Shown here: one piece after another, positions 1-13,429 of the stretch | Numbering within the stretch: the first letter of the stretch is position 1 | Layout of the letters: each line of letters starts with the position of its first letter | DNA from: Octopus vulgaris | Taxonomy: Eukaryota | DNA length: 64,000 nucleotides | Direction: 5' to 3' | NCBI GenBank assembly: GCA_951406725.2 | Contig: OX597831.1 | Location: forward strand, 35,588,001 to 35,652,000 | Position numbers and translations under genes: made by a program | Notes under the pieces: generated by a model | Told to the model about the DNA's origin: nothing | Databases searched by the model: none | The model's input: the letters and a program-made list of their open reading frames with translations, nothing else

Positions 1-96
1 TCGACCTTGGTGTAATTTGAACTCAGAATGTAATGATGGAGGAAATACTGCTAAGCATTCTGTCCAGTATGCTAATGATTCTGCCAGCTCACTGCC

Positions 97-174
<78 letters not shown>

Positions 175-865
175 GATTACAACCATAGTAATAATAATTT
201 CAAATTTTGGCACAAGCCCATCAATTTCAGGGGTGAATTGAGTCGATTGCATTGACCCCAGAACAAACACACATCTCAGTCCAGGAATCGAAATTGCTAC
301 CTCATGATTGTGGGCCTGACGCTCTAACTACTGAGTCATGCACCTTCAAGCCTTTATCCTTTTACCTTTTACCAATATGGAAATAAATACCATTCATTTA
401 CAACCATTACATGATATCAAGGCAAGGAGACTCACTCATACAACACATACATATACATACACACACATTCATGCATATATATAGATACATATAAATATAC
501 TCATGCATATGCATACACACACTCACACATATACTTACACATAAATATACACACACACACATATACATACACACACATGCATATAGTCTTATAAATACAC
601 ATGCACATGTACACACACACATGCACACTCATATATGAGCATATTAATTTACACACTCATACAAACATGCACACATACAAACACACACACACACACACAC
701 ACAACTAAATCTTCTAATCCACTCACTTGGCTTTGGTCAGCCTGAGGCTATAGTAGCAAACACTCTGCCTAACACGTCACATTGTGGAATTGAACCCATG
801 ATCATGTGGTTGGGAAGCAAGCTTCTTATCCAACCACCCAACCATGTGTGTGTGTATACACATAC

Positions 866-896
<31 letters not shown>

Positions 897-1384
897 CATA
901 CATACACACACACCCATGGAAGGCAGACATTAAATGATGATGATGATGATATATATATATTTGAATAAAAGAAGGGTAAAAATACTGCTTGCCAAAGATG
1001 AAAGCGAAAGCTTTAAAAACCACAAATCCTATGATAAATACACACACAAGCAACACAATGAACACTTCAAAAAATAGCCCTACCTTCAGGACGGAATTTG
1101 AAGGTAGTTTACATGCCCCAATATCAATTGATTTCATGCTGGGCACAAGAAAACATGCTTTGCAATCTCCTGAAGACAGGTGGTGTAGACAACAAACAGA
1201 TGTATTAGTTTAATGCTCGGGAAGTGAAAAAGTCTTTAATGTTTTGAGCCGAGCCTACGCTCTTCCACAGAAAGGAACAAGGAGAGCTGTGTAAAGTAGT
1301 ACAAATCTCTAACTGTTGAGGGAACCTGTGGAAGAGGTGGACACAGGAAGAAATGGTACGAGGTAGTGAAGCATGATCTTTGAA

Positions 1385-1948
1385 CGCTGGACCTCATGGA
1401 GGCAATGACTAGTGACCAAGACTTTTAGTGATATGCCCTGCTTGAGTAGAAGATCCATCAAGCCAAGTGAAATCATTGCCATGGCAGAGACTGGTGCCAT
1501 CTCTCTAACACTCATGCCAGTGTCATGTGAAAGCTTGTTTCAGGCATTGGGCCTCATGTGGCTGATGCTGGTGTCATGTAATTACCACCCATGCCAGTGG
1601 CACATAAAAAGAACCTTGAGAGCGTTGGGCCTCATGGAGGCAATTTCGGTTGACTGAGACCTTCGGCAATATCCTGTGCTTGAGAAGAAGACTTATGAAG
1701 CCAAGTGAAACCATAGTCGTGGCAGATGCTAGTGCCATACAACTGACATCTGTGCCAGTGACATGTAAAAGCACTTGTTACACTCTTAGAGTGGTTGGTG
1801 TTAGGAAGGGCATCCAGCTGTAGAGACCATGCGAAATCAGACTGGAGTCTGGTGAAGTCCCTCAACTTACCGGCCCTGGTCAAACTGACCAACCTATGTC
1901 TGCATGGACAATGGATGTTAAATGATGACAATGACGATGATGACGATG
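1385..1948 (+). mobile_element. Family C copy
   Basis: gagtggttggtgttaggaagggcatccagctgtaga..tail gatgacaatgacgatgat. Confidence 0.8.
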
Positions 1949-1957
1949 GTTATTGTT

Positions 1958-2238
1958 GTCGTCGTCATCGTTTAACATCCACTTTCCATGCTGGCATGGA
2001 TTGGATGGTTTGACTGAGGGCTGGTGAGACAGAAGGTTGCACCAGGCTCCAATCTGATCTGGCTAAGTTTCTACGGCTGGATGCCCTTCCTAACGCCAAC
2101 CACTCCAAGAGTGTAGTGGGTGCTTTAATGTGCCTCAGGCAATGCTGGTAATGACCACACTCAAATGGTGCTTTTTACATGCCACTGGCACAGGAGCCAG
2201 TCAGGTGGAACTGGCAACGATCATGCTTGAATGGTGTA
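1958..2238 (-). mobile_element. Family C copy, tail-to-tail with 1385-1948
   Basis: cgtttaacatccactttccatgctggcatgg..ggatgcccttcctaacgccaacc. Confidence 0.8.
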
Positions 2239-2956
2239 TATACACATTTACATGATGGGCTTCTTTTAATTTCCATTTACCAAATCCAGTCATGTCTTTA
2301 GAAATTCAAACCTGCATCATTTTATATGGAAAATTAATAACATCAAAACTCACTGGTCCTGGAGGGCCTCCAAGAGTCATAAGAGGTAAACTTGGTTACT
2401 ATTTCTAGCAGACTGTGAACTTCAGCCATGACACTGAGTGCCTTCTCATAGAATATAAAGAAAAAAAAACCAACCTCACAAAGAGCATGAGTCAATTTCA
2501 AAAGTCTATCTGATATAATGGTGGTTCTTTACTGTTATATATTCTTCTTGTACATTCTTTCATTAGTATTCAATAAAAGAGAAACAAAGGTTTTTAATTT
2601 ATCTCAGTTCTACTTTTACACATCAGCTTTTTTTTTTTTTTTTTTGTATTTCTTAATCATTTAAAAAAGAACAAACAAAAAAACAAAACGACAGAAGAGG
2701 AAAAAATAAGCATAGGAGATTTTGTTAAATTCTGTAAAATAACAGTTTTAAAACAATGAATTACAAAAAAAAAAAAAATGGAAAAAAAAGTAAGAAATGC
2801 AAAAGAAGAAATTACCAAAAATTATTCCATCAGGAAAATCCCATGGTAATGCTTGATTCAAGAAACTTAACTCCTGTCAATTACAAAATGGCAATAATCA
2901 CAGAGGGATTGCCTGATGCATATTTTCTTTCTCCATTTTACCTCCTCTTTCCATTT

Positions 2957-2991
<35 letters not shown>

Positions 2992-3053
2992 TTATTTTAT
3001 ATATATAAGTACATATATATTAAATAAACAGAGCATTCTTATTAGTTTCATTG

Positions 3054-3103
<50 letters not shown>

Positions 3104-3236
3104 ACATACACATGTGTGTTTCTGTGTGTGTGTATGTGTATATTATATATATGCATTTCTATACATATTTATAAATGTATGTATATATGTATATATATAT
3201 GTATGTATATGTGTATATACATATAAATGTGTATAA

Positions 3237-3272
<36 letters not shown>

Positions 3273-3392
3273 GTATATATATGTATATGTATATGATTAT
3301 ATATATGTATATATATAAGCTTACACACCCACACATCATATATGTATATAGTAACTAAACAAAATATTTTTATTATTGTTATCATCATCATG

Positions 3393-3447
<55 letters not shown>

Positions 3448-4921
3448 GTAGTAGTAGTAGTAATTGTAGTATTGTCATTGCTATTGTCATCGTTATTTTT
3501 TTCCCCCTTTAATCTCAATAACTGGAACAAACTTAGATCTTTTATTGATTTTTAAAAGCCTCTTCTAATCTCCAATTTTAAAGAAAAATAAATCTGTAGC
3601 CTCAGTGAACTGTTTTGCATTTAAAAAAAAATTCTTTTCCTTGCTTTTCTTTTTCCTTGTTTTTCTTTTTTCTGGTTTTGTTTTAAACTTTTCTCGTACG
3701 CTCCTTGTGATTATATCTTCATTTTAGTGGATATGGAAGAAGAAACACTTCCTACGTGTATCTATATATGTGTGGACTTATCTATGTAGGTAGCGGTGAA
3801 TGGAGGTTATGTACATATGTATGTATATGCTTTTGAGAGTGAGAGGAAATGTTACTCTTTGGGTGTGGTGGTGGTGGTGGTGGTTCGACTCAATAGAAGT
3901 CAGACACTGAAGTCAAGAGAAATGTTATTTTCAGTGATTGGAATTTTGTCTTATTTAGTTTTATTTTCTTTTGATTTTAATTTTTGTTAAAACAAAAAAG
4001 GAGATTCCTGGAATTTAGAACATTAGTAGATAGATAGATAGATAGATAGATAGATACTCTGTTGTTGTTTGTGTTTTCTTCTTCTTCTTCTTCTTCTTCT
4101 TCTTCTTCTTCTTCTTCTTCCCTTCCTCCTAGACCTTCTTGCCCTCCTCCTCGCTCACCTCTCCTCGCCCTCCACCTTGTCCTCCTTTTTGCTCTCATCA
4201 CCTCCTTGCCCTCCTCCCCTCCACGTGCTCCGCCCCTCTTTGCCCTCCTCTTCCTCCTCCCTTCTTGGCCATCCTCCCCTCCTCCTCCCCACCCTCCACC
4301 ATGCCCACTTTTTTGTCCTCCACCCCCTTCTCCTCCCCACACCTTGCTCTCCTTCTTGCCATCCTCCCCCTCTTCCTCCATGCAGCTCCCCTCCCTGCCC
4401 TCCACCTCTTCTTGTCCTCCTATTCTTGTTGTCGTCGTCCTCCTCCTTGCCCTATCTTCATCCTCGTCCCTCGTTGCCCTCCCCTTCCCTACCTCCTACC
4501 TACACTTTCTCTACCCCACCTCCTACTTTTTGCCACATACCTTTGTAATTTTGTTTGTGAAGCTCAGCATCAACACTCCAATTCTCATAAGTTCTCGCTT
4601 TGTCTTCTTTGATCTTCCCCCTCCTGCTAGTTCTTTCTCTTTGCATCATTAAAAAACAAAATTTATTCCCCCTAACTATCATTCTCCACATATACATCAT
4701 CATATGTCCACATCACCAAAACCTCCTTTGCACTTAGTAAAAATCCTCCAATGCCTAGCTCTTCTTTTGAGGTCACCAGTACTCTTTTGTTCATACATGT
4801 TGATATAACACAGCCAGCAGTGCAAACTAATTTATATGTACGTCTGTATATATGTATTCGTACACACACACACACACACATATGAAAAAATAATAATAAA
4901 GGGTTGAGAATGTGCTAAATT

Positions 4922-4953
<32 letters not shown>

Positions 4954-5280
4954 CTTACATATCTGAAAGTGAAAGTACAAAATTATGTTTTGTATTTACT
5001 TAACAAATGTTTCATATAAAAATTTTACTGTAAAAATATTAGTGTATCTTTTCACAAGGTAAGTTTTTTTACACAGCAGAAAGGAGGCAGAGTCACATAT
5101 TACTGGAAAGTTTTTGTGTATAAAATGTTTGCATATAAAAAATTTTACTGAATAAATTTTAGTGCATGTTGTAGCCAACAGAGTTTTTGCAGTGGAAAAA
5201 ATTCACATTTTACTGACTGGGTTTCACTAGTGTTCAGCTTACTTATGTTTAAATTATGTTTCTGAATGCATTTTTAGACC

Positions 5281-5368
<88 letters not shown>

Positions 5369-5411
5369 TATACATGTGTAGATATACACACATACATACA
5401 TACATACAAAC

Positions 5412-5790
5412 TCAAGGAATACTGGTGGAATATTTCCATCAAAACTTCTGTCAATTGTAAACATAACAGGCCAGATATTGTTGTTTGGGATAGAAGGGCA
5501 AAGGTATGTACTGTCAAAGAGGTCAGCTGCCCCACAGATATATCTCTTTGAAAATCAAAGAAAAAGAAGATATCTATGGACAACTGCTTCAAAACCTCCA
5601 GCTTCTGTATCCAGACTATGAATTCATATTCCCACCAACAATAATTGGAGCACTAAGTTTGTTGGTAAATGCTTAAAGGAGAATCTGGATAAACTGGGAT
5701 TTTCAGAATGAGAAATCGACTGGCTAATTCATACATTACAAGGGCAATATGTGAGTGGAACAGTAAAAATATGCAAGACTTTTCTCAAGT
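5412..5790 (+). mobile_element. Decayed RLE-domain LINE fragment
   Basis: KEYWWNISIKTSVNCKHNRPDIVVWD..EVSCP then IKEKEDIYGQL..IIGAL after a frameshift. Confidence 0.75.
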
Positions 5791-5974
5791 TCCAAATGTG
5801 AATTTGTTTGTGTTAACTACATTGCAGATATGGAGCTATGTATCTCTGTTGGAAACCGGCTCCCTCCTCAGTGGGAGATTTATAATAATTAAAAAATAGA
5901 AGAGACACACACACACATATATATTTACATATAAATATATATATATGCATACATATATATATATATATATATAT

Positions 5975-6365
5975 TCGCGGCCCGCTCAACATCATTCCCC
6001 CTCTGCCGAAAAGGCAATTGTTTCCGCGCCTGCTAGATAAGTTATTTTTGTCTCATTTCGTCTAAAGTCGTAAGACACCTGCTGTTATCCTGTTATTAAC
6101 CATTCTTGTTTTTATTTTTGTTTTCGTTTTTTGTACTTATATTCGTCTCTGTTGCGTTTACATTCGTTCCTTTTTCCAAGAAATCTAATGCTCACAGCTT
6201 AGTTTTTCCTTGGGGCTGGCCGCGTTGAAGCAAATATCAGAATTAATCAGCCTAAATTTGCTATGATGATCCGGTTTCTGACTGAAGATTAAAGGCTTCG
6301 AATGACCTGTCTGTTTTCTGTGTTCGTCCCTTTGTGTATTTCACATTCTTGTTTATTTATATGTA
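5975..6365 (+). repeat. Unclassified repeat family F (second copy ~53755-54120), abutting (TA)n
   Basis: Shared blocks ttccaag.aatcta.tgctc..cttagtttttcct.ggggctggcc..cagcc.aaatt..gactgaaga..aatgacc.gtc. Confidence 0.65.
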
Positions 6366-6398
6366 AAAATTTTTATTCCTATATATATATATATACAC

Positions 6399-6467
<69 letters not shown>

Positions 6468-6512
6468 TATGTGCTTATATTTATCTGTCTGTCTGGATAG
6501 AAAGGTGGATAG

Positions 6513-6574
<62 letters not shown>

Positions 6575-6760
6575 GAAGAATTCACAAAAAAACAAAAGAC
6601 AAAGACAGGTGGTTTAGACAACAAACAGATGTATTAGTTTAACACTCGGGAATTGAAAAAGTCTTTAACGTTTCAAGCCTACGTTCTTCCACAGAAAGGA
6701 ACACAGAAAGAAACAAAGAGAGTAAATAAAGAATGTGTAGTGACTAGCGATCTATCATGG

Positions 6761-6792
<32 letters not shown>

Positions 6793-7097
6793 ATTTATAT
6801 AAATAAGAAAAAGATCGATATTTAAATGCCGATCTTATCAGGTGGCCAGCATGGGAATAAAAACCTTCAAAGGTAATAATTATTATTAAAATTATTATTA
6901 AAATGTGGTTTTAGAGTCAAGTTTTGACAGCTATTTCCATATATATATAATTTTATATATATGGCGGTGCCCCAGCATGGCCACAGCTCATAAGCTGAAA
7001 CTAGAATCAATCAATCAATACAGAAAGGGAGAGAGAGAGTAGGTAGATAGCTAGTGGTTACATTGTCTAAATTAATATATACTTTTTTTTTTCAAAG

Positions 7098-7198
7098 GAT
7101 GTGATACGAGGATTAATGACATGGAGAAAAATGCCGTCACCAACTTTATTGGCCCTAATTTCCAATCCCACTCTTAGAGAATTCAGGCCATTGAAACA
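7098..7198 (+). CDS. CFAP221: Internal coding exon of a CFAP221/PCDP1-like gene (DVIRGLMTWRKMPSPTLLALISNPTLREFRPLK)
   Basis: Acceptor ttttttttttcaaag, donor gtaagt; only one open frame; ends in phase 2, matching the next exon; peptide resembles the recalled CFAP221 segment IIPGIMHWK. Gene identity is from memory, not a search. Confidence 0.7.
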
Positions 7199-7224
7199 GT
7201 AAGTTACCTCCCTTGCTAATTTTA

Positions 7225-7790
7225 TCTGTCAGTCTGATCTTCTCTCTCCCTCTCCCATCTCTCTTCTTCACCCCTCTCTTCTTCTGCCCTTTCTTCTTCC
7301 CTCTTTCTCTCCTTCTCCCTTCTCTCTCCTCCCCTCTCTCCTTTTCCCTCTCCCTTCTCTCTCTCCATCTCCCTCGCCTTCTCCCTTCTCTTTCACTCTC
7401 TCCCCCTCCTCCCTCTTTCTCCTTTCCTTCCCCTCTCCTATATCCCCCTCTACCCTCCTCTCCTCTCCTTCCTCTCTCCCTCTTCCCCTTCCAGTCTCCC
7501 CCTCCCATCTCCCATCTCCCCCTCTCTTCCATCTACTTTTCCCTCTCCCTTCTCTCTCTCCATCTCCCTCACCTTCTCCCTTCTCTTTCACTCTCTCCCC
7601 ATCCTCCCTCTCCTCCCCTTCCCCTTTCCTTCCCCTCTCCTATATCCCCCTCTACCCTCCTCCTCTCCTCCTCTCCTTCTTCCTCTCTCCCTCTTCCCCT
7701 TCCAGTCTCCCCCTCCCCATCTCTTCCATCTACATTTCCCTCTCCCCACCCCCCCTTTTCCACCTGTCCCTCCCTCTCCCTCTCGCACTC
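7225..7790. repeat. Polypyrimidine/polypurine tract with an internal ~195-bp duplication (similar tract 4075-4520)
   Basis: Almost pure C/T on the + strand; block at ~7345 repeated at ~7540. Confidence 0.85.
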
Positions 7791-8345
7791 CATATGGTTT
7801 TAATAGAAGACATGGGTTAAAGTATCGTTATCACCCACAGGTCTTGAAGAGATACAGAGAAATATGAGGAGTTGTTTACCTGGGTGTTTACAAAGAAAAC
7901 AAGCTCGGTGAGATGGATAAGCTATGCAAAGTCAAAAGGGGTTGGGTGAAAGCCATTTTGCAATATATAAATGGGCAAATTAAAAGTACAAATATTTGCT
8001 TGGAAACAAATAAAAATGTATTTAAAAAACCACAATGATTAAAACATACTAAAACACAAATATATAATTTTCTCCTTACTTTCTCTTTGATTAGATCTTG
8101 TGGCAAAGTAATACTGTTTGGTCTTACAAAATTCCTCCAACAACTTTTTTTACTTGTAACTGTGTTAAGTCTAAATCCCTAATCTGTTTGTCTTAAAACT
8201 GAAGCAAGATTAACTTTAATACAGCTACTATTTGAGCACCCCAAAGTGCCTGATTCAAAGCAAATGTTACCATTGCTCTTGTCACTATTGCTGTCTTCAA
8301 AACAACTTGTTAGACTGTTTGGAATATTTTTATTGATTTATTGTA

Positions 8346-8742
8346 CTCAGGCATGGCTGTGTGGTTAAGAAGCTTTCTTTGCAACCATGTAGTTTCGGGT
8401 CCAGTCCTACTCTATGACACATTGCACATGTGTGTCCTACTATATCCCCTGGCTGACCAATGCCCTGTGAGTGAATTTGGCAGATGGCAACTGTATAGAA
8501 ACCCACCATGTATATGTGTATGTGTGCGTCAGTGTTTATCCACACCCTCACTATTTGACTATCTGTATTTGTTTATGCCGTTATAACTTAGCAATTTGGC
8601 AATAGAAACTGACAGAATACATACTAAACTTAAAAGAAAAAACATACGTACTAGGGCAATTTGTTTGACTGGAACCCTTCAAGGTGGTGCTCCAGTATTG
8701 CTGCAATCCAATAGCTGAAACAAATAAAAGACAAAAGTAAAG
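8346..8742 (+). mobile_element. SINE family B copy, diverged
   Basis: Collinear with 9972-10380. Confidence 0.75.
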
Positions 8743-9250
8743 ATGAAGAATCAATTATTCATTTAAATGTTAATTTTTTCTTCTTTTTGTTCTTTCAGTT
8801 GTTTATTTATTTACTTATTTTTGGGGATATGCGTTCTTCTTCATTCTTCATTCTTCATTTGTTGTTGCAATGTTTTTGCCGTGTACTGTATTTGCATTTG
8901 CTGTCCATTTTTAAAACTGAAAATGTCATGCTTATAAATAAATGAGAAAAAAAAGTTTGTAAAAGCAACCTTCTCTTTTCACTCTTTTTGTCTGGCCCTT
9001 GGGTATCAAGGGCAGGTTTCTCCAGGTAATTATAGCCCTTTTCAGCCAGTATTCCAATGAAAATTTCATTAAGTAATGCTATAAATATGGTCTAGCTTTG
9101 GCACAAAAGAAACACGTGTGTTCACTTTGAGAGCCAGTGGTGATGATGATGATGATGACGATAGTTGTCATCATCATCATCATCATGCTGATGATGATGA
9201 TGAAAAGCTGAAAGAACAACATTAAAATGGCAATTTCTTTTTCTCTCCAG

Positions 9251-9322
9251 ATCTGAATATATATTAGCCAAACCTCCACCATTGTTGAAGGAGTTGCCAG
9301 AGGAAGCGAAAGAATTAGCAGC
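9251..9322 (+). CDS. CFAP221: Internal coding exon, CFAP221-like (SEYILAKPPPLLKELPEEAKELA)
   Basis: Acceptor tttctttttctctccag, donor gtgagt; 72 nt, phase 2-2, in frame with 7098-7198; PPLLKELPEE resembles the recalled CFAP221 PAILDALPEE. Confidence 0.72.
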
Positions 9323-9749
9323 GTGAGTCTTTTAGTATTTATATTTGAGTAAAAAAAAAAGAATAAAAAAAAACAAAAAAAAAAAAACAACATCCAACCA
9401 TAATTTGTTCACTAAAGAAACCATTTGGTGTGTGTGTATGAGTGTGTTTCTGTGTATGTATTTTTGTATAGGTGAAGTGATGTATATGTGTGTATGTATT
9501 AGATGAAGTTTTGTCATTGGAATGTTGTTGTTGTTGTTTTTTGCTTAGCCCCGGGTCATGTTCTCATCAAAAGCATTCTGGCTGTGACAGTCTTATTTTT
9601 ATTCCGTCATAGTGTACCTTGGATTACACTATCCAGAGAAATTACTTCAAACCACATTGTATCAACATTGCCATCTTAAATAAACCTCAAATTACCCCCT
9701 GCTGTCATTGTATCCTGGGCTCTTATAATTCTACTACTCTACTGTACTC

Positions 9750-9955
9750 AAAATGTATCCCTAAAGATTTGAATAGATGGATAGAGGAGATTGGCATAAA
9801 ACCTAGTTTAGTGCAGCTCCAGAAAACAGTGTTATTAGGGACAGCTAGGATACTTTGGAGGGTTCTTGGTGTCTAAGGTTACTTGCTGTAGCCCGATGTT
9901 AGGAACTTTTCTTTTCCAGCAGTTTAATCTGTTGTGTGTATATGAAGAAATAATA
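9750..9955 (+). mobile_element. Extreme 3' end of an R4/Dong-type LINE
   Basis: PKDLNRWIEEIGI..LQKTVLLGTARILWRVL* followed by a short 3' UTR ending aaataataa. Confidence 0.7.
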
Positions 9956-9971
9956 ACCCTTTCTATCATAT

Positions 9972-10380
9972 AGGGGCAGGAGTGGTTGTGTGGTAAGTAG
10001 CTTGCTTACCAACCGCATGGTTCTGGGTTCAATCCCACTGCATGACACCTTGGGCAAGTGTCTTCTATTATAGCCTCGGACCGACCAAAGCCTTGTTAGT
10101 GGATTTGGTAGAAGGAAACTGAAAGAAGCCCGTCGTATATATGTATATGTATATATATGTGTGTGTGTTTGTGTTTGTCCCCACCCACCCAAACATCGCT
10201 TGACAACTGATACTGGTGTGTTTATGTCCCCGTAACTTAGCAGTTCAGCAAAAGAGACCGATAGAATATGTACTAGGCTTACAAAGAATAATTCCTGGGG
10301 TCAATTTGCTCGACTAAAGGTGGTGCTCCAGCATGGCTGCAGTCAAACGACTGAAACAAGTAAAAGAGTAAAGGAGAGTA
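9972..10380 (+). mobile_element. SINE family B (tRNA head, CORE-like domain, internal TA/TG microsatellite), full length
   Basis: gcaggagtggttgtgtggtaag..GGTTCAATCCC B box, accttgggcaagtgtctt core, tail gactgaaacaagtaaaagagt. Confidence 0.85.
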
Positions 10381-10384
10381 TCAT

Positions 10385-10588
10385 AGGCACAAGGCCTGAA
10401 ATTTTAGGGGAAGGGGATCTAGTTGCTTATATTGTCCCTAGAATTTCACTGGTACTTAATTTATTGACCCCAAAAGAATGAAAAGCAAAGTTGACCTTGG
10501 CAGTATTTGAACTCAGAACATAAAGATGGGCGAAATACCACTAAGCATTTCATTCTGCGTGCTAATGACTCTGCCAGCTCACCACCTT
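10385..10588 (-). mobile_element. SINE family A copy
   Basis: Aligns with 61425-61656. Confidence 0.8.
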
Positions 10589-10618
10589 ATATGAGGTAAT
10601 AATAATATTAATAATAAC

Positions 10619-10830
10619 AAGGCAGTGAGCTGGCAGAAACGTTAGCACGCTGGGCGAAATGCTTAGCAGTAATTCGTCTGTGTTTAAATTCTGAGTTCAA
10701 ATTCCATCAAGGTCGACTTTGCCTTTCATCCTTTTGGGGTCGATAAATTAAGTACCAGTTGCATACTGGGGTTGATCTAACCGACTGCCCCCACCCCAAT
10801 TTCATGCCTTGTGCTTAAAGTAGAAAAGAA
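10619..10830 (+). mobile_element. SINE family A copy, head-to-head with 10385-10588
   Basis: ggcagtgagctggcagaaacgttagcacg..gagttcaaattcc..taagtaccagtt. Confidence 0.85.
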
Positions 10831-10850
10831 TAATAATAATAATGATAATC

Positions 10851-12232
10851 ATCATCATCATCATCATCATCATTTAGCGTCCGTTTTCCATGCTAGCATG
10901 GGTTGGACGGTTCAACTGGGGTCTGGGGAGCCCGAAGGCTGCACCAGGCCAGTCAGATCTGGCAGTGTTTCTACAGCTGGATGCCCTTCCTAACGCCAAC
11001 CACTCCGAGAGTGTAGTGGGTGATTTTATGTGCCACCGACACAGGTGCCAGACGAGGCTGGCGAACGGCCACGCTCGGATGGTGTTTTTATGTGCCACCG
11101 ACACAGGTGCCAGACGAGGCTGGCAGACGGCCACGCTCGGATGGTGTTTTTATGTGCCACCGACACAGGTGCCAGATGAGGCTGGCAGGTGCCAGACGAG
11201 GCTGGCAGACGGCCACGCTCGGATGGTGCTTTTATGTGCCACCGACACAGGTGCCAGATGAGGCTGGCGGACGGCCACGATCGGATGGTGTTTGTTACGT
11301 CCCCAAAGCACGGAGGCCAGTCTATGCGGTACTGGCTACGGCCACGTTCGGATGATTTTCTTGTGTGCCACCGGCACTGGTACCACAAAGATACAAATTC
11401 CATTTATGTTCATCTATTTTGATTTGTTTTGATTTGATTTGATTTGATTTGATTTTCACTTGCCTCAACAGGTCTTCACAAGTGTCACAAGAAGGAAGGT
11501 ATGCACAGGTGGACTGTCTACGTCGCCGGGTCTTCGGATGGTGTCTTTATGTGCCACCGACACAGGTGCCAGATGTGGCTGGCGAACGGCCACGATCGGA
11601 TGGTTTTCTTGTGTGCCACCGGTACTGGAACCACAAAGATACAAATTCCATTGATGTTCATCTATTTTGATTTGGTTTGATTTTGATTTTCACTTGCCTC
11701 AACAGGTCTTCACAAGTGTCACGCGTGTCACACACTTGCCTCAACAGGTCTCCACAAGTGTCACACACTTGCCTCTGCCTCAACAGGTCTTCACAAAGTG
11801 TCACACACTTGCCTCTGCCTCAACAGGTCTTCACAAGTGTCATAAGAGGGAAGGTATGCACAGGTGGACTGACTACGTCGCCGGGTCTTTGGATGGTGTT
11901 TTTATGTGCCACCGACACAGGTGCCAGGTGAGGCTGGCGAACGGCCACGATCAGATGGTGTTTGTTGTGCCCACAGCACGGAGGCCAGTCGATGCGGTAC
12001 CAGCTACGGCCACGTTCGGATGGTTTTCTTGTGTGCCACCTGTACTGGAACCACAAAGATACAAATTCCATTGATATTCATCTATTTTGATTTGGTTTGA
12101 TTTTCACTTGCCTCAACAGGTCTTCACAAGGGTCACACACTTGCCTCAACAGGTCTCCACCAGTGTCACACACTTGCCTCTGCCTCAATAGGTCTTCACA
12201 AGTGTCACACACTTGCCTCAACAGGTCTTCAC

Positions 12233-12233
<1 letters not shown>
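10851..12233 (-). mobile_element. Family C retroposon (RTE-like (GAT)n 3' tail) with an expanded internal tandem array
   Basis: Conserved block ggatgcccttcctaacgccaaccactcc; tail acccatgctagcatggaaaacggacg..(gat)n on minus; 62-bp units at 11031/11093/11155 plus ~33-bp units and larger duplications. Confidence 0.85.
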
Positions 12234-12279
<46 letters not shown>

Positions 12280-12280
12280 C

Positions 12281-12646
12281 AACAAGAGCACTCAGAGAGT
12301 GCAAACCTTGGCCAAGAGAATACCAACATCCTCTCAACGATTAGCCAGAGATGATTTTTAAAATGAGGATATCCTAAATAAACTTGACTGCACTCACAAA
12401 TGAAAACACGAAAAATGAACCTAACTGCTTTCAACAATTAAGTAAAAAAATGGAAAAATGATCCAGAATCCTTGTCGGGAATTGGATTGAGCCCAAAACC
12501 TAATAGGCTTGTGCCAGTTATGAGGCCAAACATCCCTAAAAGTTTCATCTGAATCCATCCAGCGATTCTTCAGATATCTTGTCCATGAACAAACAAACAA
12601 ATGTGATTGAAAACAATACCTACACCTTCACTTAGGCGGAGGTAAT
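12281..12646 (+). mobile_element. Non-autonomous Helentron/HINE-like element
   Basis: Starts aacaagagcactcagagag; ends in the hairpin tacc..cctt/aggcggaggtaat; homologous to 23053-23428. Confidence 0.6.
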
Positions 12647-12877
12647 AATAATAATCTTTTCTAATATAGACCTGAGGATTTGGTGGGAGGAAGTTAGTCA
12701 ATTACGTCAACCCCAGTGCACAACTGGTACTTATTTCATTGACTCTGAAAGGATGAAAGGCAAAGTTGACCTCAGTGGAATTTGAACTGAGAACATAAGC
12801 ATTCTGTGTGGTGTGCTTATGATTTTACCAGCTTGCTGCCTTAATAACAATAATGATGATTATAATAATAAATAATA

Positions 12878-13343
12878 TTGCAAAATCCTGTGGGATGCAA
12901 TGATCCAGTGCAATCCCCTGACCAGACATTGGAAACCGGACATTGTTGTGGTAAATAAAAAAGAAAGAACATGTATGATAATCTACATAGCATGCCCTGG
13001 TGACAACATAATGTGAAAAAAGAAGAATAAGAAGAAATGAACAACTATGATGATTTAAAGTGAGAAATACGAAGGTTACGGGTCAATGAAGGGAGTAGAT
13101 GTGATACCAATAGTAATTGGTGCACTTGGAAGTATCAGCACTCAACTACCAGCATAGCTGAAAAAGATCGGTGCAAGTGTGAACGTAGAACACCTATGAA
13201 AATCAGCATTGCTTGGAACTGAAAAAATTCTTCACAGGGTTCTTGAAACATGACCAGTAAACAAGTGTCACCATAGTTTGCTGGCTGTGGACAGCTGACA
13301 CTTTCCATCATACCCAGCAACATAAGCTGTGAGTTTTCATATG

Positions 13344-13345
<2 letters not shown>
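12878..13345 (+). mobile_element. R4/Dong-type LINE 3' fragment (third subfamily), decayed
   Basis: KILWDAMIQC..WKPDIVVVNKKERTC..IACPGD, later VIPIVIGALG; (TAA)n on both sides. Confidence 0.8.
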
Positions 13346-13412
<67 letters not shown>

Positions 13413-13429
13413 AATAACAACAACAACAA

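Noticed and set aside
3728-3790. Possible upstream CFAP221 exon after attttag
   Set aside because: Donor candidates are weak and the peptide is unrecognisable; cannot be supported.
3977-4652. Pro/Ser-rich and Gly/Glu/Arg-rich ORFs (also 7155-7803)
   Set aside because: Low-complexity polypyrimidine tract open in most frames.
13343-13411. (AAT)n/(ATT)n perfect foldback
   Set aside because: Explained by adjoining microsatellite tails of opposite orientation; common in this window.
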